Made by a program: the position numbers and the translations under genes | The notes under the pieces: generated by a model | Told to the model about the DNA's origin: nothing | Database searches by the model: none | The model's input: the letters and a program-made list of their open reading frames with translations, nothing else | NCBI RefSeq assembly: GCF_036321535.1 | Contig: NC_087436.1 | Span: 56,670,001-56,734,000, forward strand | Direction of reading: 5' to 3' | Length of the DNA: 64,000 nt | Source: Camelus dromedarius | Lineage: Eukaryota | Shown here: positions 54,500-64,000 of the stretch, piece after piece | Numbering within the stretch: position 1 is the stretch's first letter | How the letters are laid out: every line of letters begins with the position of its first letter

Positions 54500-55725
54500 T
54501 TCCTCCCAAGTGTTTTGCATTGTTCACCTTAAGAATATCAAAACAATAATGAAGAGCTTAAAGGTGGAATTATACAAAGTGAGATGAAAAGAAATATGGC
54601 TGTTGATCAAATAAATACCTTGGGAAAATAAGGTCAATTCCAAAATAAGGATAATTAAGATCTCTCAAGCAAAAAGCCTACTGAAAGAATAGAAAATATA
54701 TTCAAAGATAAAATAATACAAGAAAATTTCTCTAAAATAAGGGGGAATGTGGTATTTGCACCATATAGACTATTTCAGGAAAGTTTGAGACAGAAATCTT
54801 AAGCCTGACACACACTCCAGTTAAGTTAGGAAGCTTCAGATTACGGATCAAAACATTTGTAATTATAAATCTACTCAGAGAAAATTAGTCTACACTCAGT
54901 CTAATTCACAGCAAAGTTTAATGCTACAAGTCAATGAAGCAATGTTCGTCAAGCGCTAAGGAAAAGGAAAGCACGATTATTACAACTGGCCAAGATGTTT
55001 CAATACAAACGCAACAGACAATTCTCAAAGATAAAGAGAGGAACTAAATACAGCCTTATGAGCCCTTCTGAAAAAAATTTACTTAACAATGAAATCCAGT
55101 CTTTAAGAGCTGAATCAAAACAATACAGAAATAAGTTGTGATAAGAGTTGATGGCAGCACTAAGTAAATTTAAACATAGAATTAAGAAGAATGGGCATGT
55201 GTTCTATAGAACAGAAAAACATTATAAATGGGGGCAATATAAAAACATAAGTGACAAAAATCAGGATGTGAAGGAGAGAAAGAGGTAGTCTGAGCTCACG
55301 TTCGGACTTTGGTAACCAAGGATCAATTTCTACTATTTAAAAAGAATTTTTCAAAAATCATGACCATGCCAACTTTTAAGTTATTTGTAAGTTATTTTTT
55401 AGACCTAGCACAGTTTTTTAGGAAATACTAATCTCCTGAGCTGTATGTGTATGTGTATGTATGTGTTAGATATACGTATTAAACAATTCATTCTCTATTC
55501 TCTTAACATTCAAACAGAATTAAATACTTCTACATTAAAAGCACTATCTACAGTATGATCCCAGTTTTATAAAAGGATTTCTACCTTATCTACATGTGTA
55601 GAAATGCATTGCAACTGATGTTCACCTAATGCTGAGTATTTCGGTGTGGGATTTGGGGTATTTTCTTTCATTTCAGACTTTTTTGTATAGTTCAAATTTT
55701 TTATGGTCAACATGTCTTATTTTTT
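54500..55725 (+). mobile_element. Ancient L1/HAL1-like fragment
   Basis: ORF1-like A-rich motifs (caagaaaatttctctaaaat, aatgctacaagtcaatgaagcaatg). Confidence 0.5.
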
Positions 55726-55945
55726 TAAAAAAACAGAAAAGTGATGAAGATGAAGGAAGGAAAATAGGAATTAAGGAAGAAATATGTTGATCGGTTAATT
55801 CTGGATGGTAAAAATATGAAACATTCTTTGTGCACTTTTGTCTTTCTCAAATTTCCTGTAAAAAGTAAAAGGGGAAGGAGGGCTGTAGGTAAGACTAATC
55901 TTCTCTCAGTACACACAAAAATCAAAGGATTATGTGGGAAGTTAC

Positions 55946-56003
55946 CTGGTTGGAATTAACATGGTATTTTACAATGTTGGCAACTGAATACCTAATTCAA
56001 TCC
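55946..56003 (-). pseudogene. Possible exon relic H (58 nt): GLN*VFSCQHCKIP
   Basis: cag acceptor with a weak pyrimidine tract, cag|GTAACT donor; could supply an Ig F-strand Cys. Confidence 0.35.
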
Positions 56004-56669
56004 CTGTGTTTTACATTTTGCACATTGTTACTAACCACCCCCTAACCTCTACAAAGCTCCCACAAATACCCCTAGAAAGTTCCGAGACTTTGACCATAGG
56101 AAACCCTCACTTTAAAGGTACTGGGAATGAAATAAGACAATGTTTCAATTCCTCTGCTGCTCAAGTCACCAGACCAGTGCAAACTAGCAAGAAATGTTTT
56201 CTCTTTTAAAGTTAAAAGCATAAATAAAACGAAAAAACAAGCAAAATCACAAGGTTTATCAGCATTTCCCCTTCCCCAGCCTTGCCTGGGTGGAAAATCA
56301 CAAGCAGTGTTTGGAGAAGACACAATTTTTTCCTCCAATTCTCCCTTCCTGGAGATTTGTAAGAAGCACCTCATTGCCCTTGCATGTAAGGGGCTACCAT
56401 GAACATAGTTATTTTAATATCCTTTGGAAAACTCTTGGAAAAAAAAAAAAAGTCAGCAGGCAGAAAAATTACCCTGAAGCTAATGGTTAACCCTTAAGTG
56501 GAGAATCACAGAGTCAGGAAATAGATTAAACCACATCTGGCCTCCCTAACCTTTTTTAGCTATTCACATGTCCTCTGATCTCCTACAGCAGCTGCTGAGG
56601 CTGTAACTTGGTACTACGCTAACACCCTCTGAGGCTGCAAAAGCAAGCTACCAGCACAACAGGACCTAC

Positions 56670-56877
56670 CTGGTTTTTTAATGAACCGTCAGCGATAAAG
56701 TCGCACTATGATTTCGTTGCACAACTGTCTTCAGGTGAAAGGACTTTGGTTTTAGAAAGTGCCATGACAATCAGGTAGTATGCCGTTCTGATACCGCGTA
56801 TCTGGCAAAGACGCACAATCGGCACTGTCATGATCAGAGGGGTGAGCTGGGGCAAAAATACTCGATTTCATTTCCTG
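56670..56877 (-). pseudogene. Exon relic G: PGNEIEYFCPSSPL*S*QCRLC...LSWHFLKPK...NHSATLSLTVH
   Basis: tagcag tandem acceptor, cag|GTAGGT donor; locally CpG-rich; sushi G-x-x-I-x-Y-x-C motif; four stops. Confidence 0.7.
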
Positions 56878-57149
56878 CTAAATGTGTGTGTCTTCTATAC
56901 ATACCTATCCTTCTTCTCCATTTAGTGGAATTTAGTTCACCACCTGAGACTAGAAATAATCCTCAATACATGAAGGCAGACTGAGCTATATTTCAAAGAC
57001 TCATGTCTTGAGAGTCAACACAGTTCCTCTGAAGAATAGAACTCTGATTAAATGAGAGTAAAGTGTGTTAATTATTCCCTTTGCTCACTCAGGAATGGAA
57101 ACGATGAGGAATAAATGTCATTCATTCATTCAAAAATACAGTATATTGA

Positions 57150-58170
57150 ACACTAGTAAGCCTCTGGTTTTCTTCTCTCCTTTTTCTAGTAACAGCACCT
57201 GCATATTCCTTTGGGGAACCACCTCTTCCCCTTTCCCACTAGCATTCTACTTGGTTCTGTTGGTGTGATTTCCATTCCTGGCACATAACCCAGGTTGGCC
57301 CATGAGTATTCTCTATCCCTTCAGCCCTAAGGATTAGTTCAAGGATGGCACAGACCCAAAGACAGTCCCGTGGGACTCAATTCTGGACTTTTACTGGAAA
57401 TACTGGCAAAGAGAATCTTTTTCCCACTGGGTTGAAAAAAAAATGCGAGTCTGAGGCCACCAGCAGCCATTTTTCTACCTCAGTTTCATTCAGTTGGCAG
57501 GTGAGACCCTTTGAACTTGTGAAGTTAGTCCTTTCCTCTAGCTTTAAGGGATCATGAGTGGTGTTTTAAGTAAGTAGTAGTTGTCACCCTTGGCTACACA
57601 GCAGAATCACCTGGGAAACTGAAACAAACAAACCTGATGCCTGGGCCACACCCAGAACAGTTGCATCAGAGTCGCTGGAGGTAAGACTCAGGCATCTGTA
57701 TTTTTTACTGATGATTTCAACGTGCGATGAAATCTGAGACCTGCTGGCCTGTGTTGATCATGGTGATCCCCTTCCTCTTGCTAGTGACTGGTCTTGGTAG
57801 GCATGTGACCCAGTTTTGACTAATGTGTGTAGATCCAGTTCTAGCCAAGGAGACATTAGAGACGCTCATTGCTTCCGAAAAGTAAACTTTCTACCCCAGT
57901 GGATAGACTGAACCTAATGAGGCAAAGGTTTACTAGCACCCTAGACTTCTGCTTTAAACCAGCTGAGTGATGAACAGTGACAGCCAAATTGTTATCTTGA
58001 TCAAAGACGGTAGAACAGAAGGGGAGAACCAGGGTCTCTGGTGATACAGCCATTTCTTCATGAAACCTGCAACTGCTGACCTTCCTATTGTGTGAGATAA
58101 TCAGGTATCTTTACTGCTTAACCCATGGCTCGTTGGGTACTCTGTTACTGTTTGTTGAAAGTACTCCTAG
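57150..58170 (+). mobile_element. MLT1-type LTR pieces with a nested MER5 (~57575-57745)
   Basis: MLT1 end gttgggtactctgttactg; MER5 motif gaatcacctggg...atgcctgggcc. Confidence 0.6.
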
Positions 58171-59079
58171 CCAAACTGATAATTTATTTAAGAAACAGCT
58201 TTCATAAGGGAAATGTCTTAGAAACAGTCAAAAAGGGCTCAAGTCATAGTCTTTCTATCTATCAAGTGTTTACAACAGGTCAACAATGGAAACGAGAAGT
58301 GAGTTTAGAAGCTTTGTGGAACCAATGCTCAGAAACACGAGGCGTTTATGCAGGAGAATGGAATCAAAGCAGGACTTAGGTCTTGCTTTGACCTCCAGTA
58401 TCTCTAGCTTTCTTAGCCCCTGCAAATGATCTGCCCATTTCACCCTTAGTTTTCAGATCAATCCAGATTTGAAGCAGACAGTAAGCACTTAAACACCCTT
58501 GGCCATAATCTGCCTCCCTCTCTCGTGAAGCTAAACATCAAGGTCGTTCCTTTTGTACCTGCAGCAGGGTCAGTGCCCCCAGGTCACAGCTCTCTCCCCA
58601 CATCCTTCCTACGTGTGCCAATCATGTTCCTTTGACTCTCCATTTTCATTACTCTTGGCCAAATAAAGTTACAAAAAAGCTTAACCTCTTTGTAAATATT
58701 TTATGACATTTTTCAACCTCTCATATGCCTACATTTATTTCTAAGTCTGAGTTTTTCTCCCTCTGCATGCCTTAGTTCATGTAACTGGGAAGACATCTTC
58801 ATATGGTCCCTCTTTCTAAACAATTTCTGACACCTAATGCAGTATCCCAGCACACTTCTAGAACTGAGGTCCCAGCTTGATCTTATCATCTTCCCTGAGA
58901 TCAAACTCTATCCTTATATCCCTGACCCAGGTCCGATTTCTCCTTATGGCTGGTCCTCTCTTACATAAACTTCCAAAGATCCCTTATCTTGGGTTCTGTG
59001 TTACTGGGAATTCTTACAGTATGTCATTTCTTATTTGATCTCTATTCATTTTACAGTTCATCAGTAAGTCTAAACCTCT

Positions 59080-59410
59080 TGTCAAGAATGGTGAAGGGTC
59101 TGATATTTTGCCCTACTCACAAGCCACCGAGTTAGCCTGCCTCAGTTTTATGGGCGCTGGCAGAAGATAAGAGAATTTTGAGCTGGAAACATAGGAGTTT
59201 CTTAATAGCTATAGCCAAACTAGTGGCATTTTCTTAAATCAAGTCCCCAAGCTCCAGCTCTCACAGGGCAGTGCAAAGAGGGCTGGGTAACACTTGCATG
59301 CATAGTAGTTTGCTTTCCAAGAGAGGCAACTTGAACTCGGAGAACTCAAATCTTTTGTAATGGCCAGTAAGCATGTCTGCCCTTTGTCCTACACGAAGAC
59401 ACTATCTGTT
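59080..59410. mobile_element. ERV LTR fragment (MER-class)
   Basis: tgtcaagaatggtgaagggtctgatattttgccctactcacaagc start. Confidence 0.55.
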
Positions 59411-59455
59411 ACTGCAAAATTGTTCCCTGGTTATCTGAATTGTTGAAATAATCTT

Positions 59456-59512
59456 TTAAACTATTTTCTCAGCCATTTAAACTATTTTAAACTATTTTAA
59501 ACTATTTTCTCC
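59456..59512. repeat. 10-bp tandem repeat (taaactattt)n
   Basis: Three adjacent copies plus one upstream copy, read directly. Confidence 0.85.
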
Positions 59513-60623
59513 AGTCATTCCCATTAATTTCATTTTCTATCCTGCTGACAAATACACTGTAGAAGGGTGATCTGTCACATGACTCTTACTTAATATTAAT
59601 GGCTCCCTGTTGCTACAGAAGTCAAACTCTGGTCTTGTCCCAACTTATTTTCTCATGTTCAACCACGTTCTTCTCCAAAGTATAATACTCATCCCTTAAA
59701 GGTCCATACACTTCCGTATTTCTACACTTTTTTATTCAAACTCTTCTACCTTATGTACTGTTCTTTGCTTGGTAAATTTCTTCTCACTCTACCTGGACCA
59801 GGTCTCGTATCTTCACTTCCCTGAGGCCAGCCTTCACTCCTACAGGAAGAACTACCCCTTTCTTCCACCACTCTACCATATTAAATACTAATAGTTTGCA
59901 TGGTCATCCATCACAATAGACTGTGCGGCTGAAGTAAGTCAGGGAATGAATGCTATTTATTTGGCCTAGAGATTTCTAGCCTTTAGTATAGTGCCTGCTA
60001 CACAGCTAGTGTTTAACAAATAGGTTAAGGCGATTGGTTTGGCCTTTCTCAAAGTCCAGTGTGCACTTTTTCAAGTTCCCACCTATGGTAGTATAGTCAT
60101 AGCATTTCGGAGTTAAAAGGCACTTTAGAAGTCATTAATATGATCTCCTTTATGACTATAAAAATCTAAGGCCCAGTATGGTTAAGTGTGAAACTACACA
60201 AGAACTCAATGGATATTTGTTGTGAAAATGAATACTGTTTATTCACTGTTTACTGAATACCAGCCATCGTTAAGTATGTTTATTCATTTTCCCCATGATG
60301 CTATAAATTGGGAGTCTTTACTTCGTTTTATGCACAGTGTCTACCAGTTACACCAACTAAACTTTTTGATCTGAAATAATGCCACAGGTTCAAGTTCCTG
60401 GGCCTTTTCATGGCCCCTGGCACCTTCTCCTCCAGCCAGTTCCTGGCTGCCATGTAGAGGAAAAGGTTTTATTGCCTCCTTAACACCTTCTAGTTACACT
60501 AGGCTCTTAATTTTTCTCCCCCAGGGCTGTTCCTGATTTAGAGGCTAGAGCTCAGAGCCTCTGCACTTTCTGCTTTTATCAAAATAATGGCAAATTATGT
60601 TGAAAAGCTCTCCCCACACTTAC

Positions 60624-60699
60624 GGAGAGCTGCTTCTTCTCAGAACAATTTCCAAACGTGGCACTCTGGTTTCTTAAAGGGACTACATCCTTTTTATAC
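60624..60699 (-). pseudogene. Exon relic F (first half of sushi 1): KGCSPFKKPECHVWKLF*EEAAL
   Basis: GTAAGT donor; ends in phase 1 and joins G to give ...ALPGNEIEYFC. The upstream intron would be only 36 nt, so the 5' boundary is uncertain. Confidence 0.6.
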
Positions 60700-60735
60700 C
60701 TATTTTACATGTATTTTAAATGTATTTCCTCTTAC

Positions 60736-60993
60736 ACCAGGTCAACCAAATCTGAACAATTAACTGATTTAAACAAGCATTATCTGACTCCATCAGGATT
60801 CCTTCAGTCAAGTTTTCTAATTCTATAGGTTTTTTATCTCATTATACCTAATTACCCTAGCTGTAAGTCTTGTCACAAAATAGTTTTCTAATTTTCCCAG
60901 GTTCTGTATGATTTTTAAAATAGAATCTTATAAGCCTAAAATAGTTGGAGACATTCAGTAAACTAATGCATTGCACTAACTGGGTACAATTAT
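60736..60993 (-). pseudogene. Exon relic E (Ig-like): NCTQLVQCISLLNVSNYFRLIRFYFKNHT...IELENLT..[fs]DGVR*CLFKSVNCS
   Basis: TACTAAC branch point, ccttcag acceptor, GTAAGA donor; phase-1 start; two Ig-spaced cysteines. Confidence 0.65.
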
Positions 60994-61089
60994 CTGAAGG
61001 ATAATTCAACCCGGATTTCGATAACCACATTTTGAAGTTAGTAAGAATATTATTTACCTACGTATGAGTGTCATTATCACACCCCAATC

Positions 61090-61855
61090 AAGTATTAAGA
61101 AATCATAGGATTCTTAATAAATGGAAAAGGAATGATGAAAATAAAAAAGTCACCATTAGGCAAACGTTGTTTTAAGGCAAGTACCATTGATAGATGTCAT
61201 ATTTAGTAACTAAAAGTACGAGAAACAACATATTCGTATTCTGAAATTACCTCCTCACAAGGTATTTTTTTTTTAATATCAAAGATAAAAATACTAACTT
61301 TATAGGAGAGAAGCCTGGCAGACACCACTGTAACCAAAGGCACAAAAATCATTAAGAAGGTAAATTGACATTACATAAACTGACAGATGCACATAGAAAG
61401 GCACAGTATAACTTCTGTGACTTTCTTGCCAAAGATGCATAACCTCAAGCTAATTCTAGAAAATGCCAGACAAACCCAAACTGGCAGTCACTCTACAGAA
61501 TAACTGACCAGCGTTGTTCCACAGTGTCAAGGTCATGAAGGACAAGGACGGACTGAGGAACCCTCACAGACTGGAGGAGACCAAGGAGACATGACAGTTA
61601 ACACAGCGTGGAATGTGGAATCCTGGGCCGGATTCTGCACAGGTCAAACACACTCATGAGAAAACTGGTGAAACCCGAATAAGGTCTACAGTTTAGTTAA
61701 TGGTATTGTATCCATGTCAATTTCCCAGTTTTGATCATTGCACTACGGTTATGCAAGATGCTAACAACAGGGGAAGCTGGGTGAAGGAACTCCCTGTACT
61801 ATGTGTGTAACCTTTCTCTAAGTCTAAACTATTTCTAAATAAACAGTTAAAAGAA
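61090..61855 (+). mobile_element. Old L1 (L1MC/ME-type) 3' UTR
   Basis: gacaaacccaaact...gaataaggtctacagtttagttaatggtattgtatc...ggggaagctgggtgaagg. Confidence 0.8.
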
Positions 61856-63282
61856 ATCATGCAATTTCAACAAGTAAGATCTCTGGGCTGTTTCTCTTTT
61901 TCTGTTTATTCCAGAGAGGAAAGAAAAGCTTGGACTGGGCCAGTGTCCTGCGCTGTGACTGCCACTAATGATGACCTGAAGAGACTCTCCAGTCAGTCCT
62001 ACAACCAAATCTGATCCTTCAGTTTCTCCTTATATCTTTGTGAGCTGCTCAATATCTTTCCAATAAATTATCTTTTTCTTGAAAAAAAAAAAAACCTGAC
62101 AATCTTACTTTGTAAGATTTAAGACTTTATTTAAATATTTATAAATAAGTATGACACCCTCAATTAAGCACCTGTCTGTACAATGTGAAGTCAACAGATA
62201 AAACCACTCCTGTCCTAGGAGTTTACACTGTGCTTATCACTTGTAAGTTCTCGCCTCTTCCTCCTGTCCACACACTCCCAGGCCCTCACTGCTGTCTACT
62301 TGCCTCACTCCAGTATAACCACTCAGTTTGTTTGTTGTATGTAGCTGGACAGCCTGTACGTGGACAAAGTTAGAGCTCACCTCACACTTCTGACTTCCTG
62401 TTCACTTTCCCCTTAATTTTATTTTGGTCTTAACTCTTACAGTTCTTTCTTCTTAGCACCTTTCTTGTACTCATGACCACTCTCTCAAACTTCCAAGCAC
62501 ATCTTACTATATCAACTGGCAGTTCACAGCGCAAATTAAAATACCTCCCTGAACACCTCAGATTTCTGCTTTTAAAGTGCATTTGTATACATTCTTTTAT
62601 TGGACCCTGTGAAATAGGTGGGCCTGTTGTTATTTATCTTGTATTATTTATCCTGTGTTCAAACAAAGAAAGTGAATCCCAGAGATGCTAACTGACTGGT
62701 CAAAGGAGCAAAACAAAACTGGGGGCTCCTGAGCACTGAGCCCCTGCAGCTCTGAGACCCGGAGGGCTCCAGTAGCATGGCAGGGAGGGGGTAAGACAGT
62801 CCCCAGAGGGTGTAGCACCACAACGGGTCCACAGCCCCCAGTGTGATGGCAGATGTGAGGAGCACACCGAGACACCCTCCCTGAGTTCTCCTCGAAGTAT
62901 GCCCAGCTGGGGAGGACCCTCAGTCAGCACAGTCCTGGGAGGACTTCAAGCAGCGGGGACCGGCACCTTCCTCTTGCTTTCCTAATGAACAATCGCAGCT
63001 TCAGAGCACCCCCCCACCACCACCAACCCCTGCTCGTAAGTTCTCTTTCCAACATAGAAAATTCTCACAACTGTCCTAGCTCCTATGTTTCAAAATGTAA
63101 AAATGAAAGCAAAAGGTTTCGTTATTCCAGTGCATTTGCTCTCAAAATATACAGTGATTAGAGTGAGCTATGTCACTTGGCAGTGACTGCTGGACCACCC
63201 TTTGGTTTTGTCTGTTCCATTCTTGAAAGCCATGGGAATTCTTGGCGCTCAGCTTTCTGTTTTCACAGCTTTGCCCCAGCAC

Positions 63283-63469
63283 CTGTTCCAAAAGCAATTG
63301 GAAGGGCTTGACTGGATCCTGATTCTTAATTTTCAGCTCACAAGCAAGAATGCTTAGGATTTAAGGTATAATACTCTATTTTACAGTGTAAGAACTGAAG
63401 CCTTTATGTGGAATTATACCATAAAACACTTTTCACAATTTAGTGAAAACAGTATATTTAAAGTCCGTA
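63283..63469 (-). pseudogene. Exon relic D (187 nt): STDFKYTVFTKL*...ILACELKIKNQDPVKPFQLLLEQ
   Basis: Strong polypyrimidine tract + tag acceptor, cag|GTGCTG donor; three stops; Cys at an Ig F-strand-like position. Confidence 0.6.
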
Positions 63470-63550
63470 CTATAAAAAGAAAAATAAACATATATAATAA
63501 CCATGTAAGGAGGGAAAATACATATTTGTATGAGCCTTTATTATTTTGAC

Positions 63551-63587
63551 CTGTTCATTAGATTGTAAAGTTTTCCCTTATGGAATC
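63551..63587 (-). pseudogene. Exon relic C (37 nt): *FHKGKLYNLMN, Ig C-strand-like with the Trp read as TGA
   Basis: ccctctacag acceptor, ag|GTCAAA donor; phase 1 to 2. Confidence 0.65.
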
Positions 63588-63680
63588 CTGTAGAGGGTAA
63601 ATGGCTTATAAATGTTGTTTCGTCAAACAATGGAAGAATTAAATAGTTACTCCAGTATTTTTACATGTTTGCCCACTTAC

Positions 63681-63709
63681 ATGAATCCAAGATTTTTTCA
63701 ATCCTATAA
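63681..63709 (-). pseudogene. Exon relic B (29 nt): IYRIEKILDS
   Basis: tag acceptor, GTAAGT donor; phase 2 to 1, in frame with A and C. Confidence 0.65.
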
Positions 63710-63837
63710 CTATATAAATTATTCATTAATACACCAAGAATAAAAATATTTAAGTACTATTTAATTCAGTATACACATAAAATAAGATCCAAAACTGTTC
63801 CCTGAGTATTGGTCAAGTTCATCCAAAGAGGACTTAC

Positions 63838-63901
63838 ATCAAATGGTCTCGGAAAAGTAAACTTTCAAAAGATTTTAGGTGATTTTTTTCCCAAGGAAGC
63901 T
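63838..63901 (-). pseudogene. Exon relic A (64 nt): xLPWEKNHLKSFESLLFRDHL
   Basis: Long polypyrimidine tract + cag acceptor, GTAAGT donor; open frame, phase 1 to 2. Confidence 0.7.
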
Positions 63902-64000
63902 CTGCCCCAGGGCAAGAAAAAGAAGAAAATAATTGTGGGGGAGGACATCTGTTATTTGGACTAAAAGAACTAAACATCTATAAAATGACTTTAAAATATA

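Larger units (their letters stand above)
33956..63901 (-). pseudogene. Multi-exon unprocessed pseudogene of an Ig-like + sushi(CCP)-like mosaic protein; 5' part extends beyond the window
   Basis: About 18 colinear minus-strand exon candidates, mostly with AG/GT ends and several phase-compatible junctions. Motifs such as PGTFIEYT|CQPGLYISGENG, PGNEIEYFC, (W)FHKGK, GTDQC and LNVSC. Many in-frame stops and indels. Confidence 0.75.

Noticed and set aside
33956..63901. Idea that the relic is an RXFP2-like paralogue (RXFP2 lies upstream of FRY)
   Set aside because: No LDLa motif, no run of 72-nt LRR exons and no 7TM exon seen; the motifs are Ig- and sushi-like.
1..64000. CRISPR arrays, operons, tRNA/rRNA genes
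   Set aside because: The sequence is mammalian; no regularly spaced repeats or structural RNA genes were recognised.

Overview
Mammalian (eutherian) genomic DNA, AT-rich and full of MIR/L2/L1/MaLR/hAT repeats. I saw no Alu, B1/B2, Bov-tA/CHR or PRE-1 SINEs, and the L1 3' ends look cetartiodactyl-type, so a camelid is plausible (inference). One CpG island (~23.5-24.5 kb) holds the promoter and a non-coding, GGC-repeat first exon of a minus-strand gene; from recall this exon resembles FRYL. Positions 1-24046 would then be intron 1. None of the ORF-track ORFs is a credible intact gene. Main discovery: from the right edge (>63.9 kb) down to ~34 kb, the minus strand carries about 18 candidate exon relics, mostly with canonical AG/GT boundaries. 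Their conceptual translations join in phase at several junctions and give alternating immunoglobulin-like and sushi/CCP-like motifs, interrupted by many stops and frameshifts. This looks like an unprocessed (probably unitary) pseudogene of an Ig+sushi mosaic extracellular protein that I cannot name, lying upstream of and co-oriented with the FRYL-like gene. Domain calls come from reading motifs by eye, not from HMM searches. Repeat boundaries are approximate.
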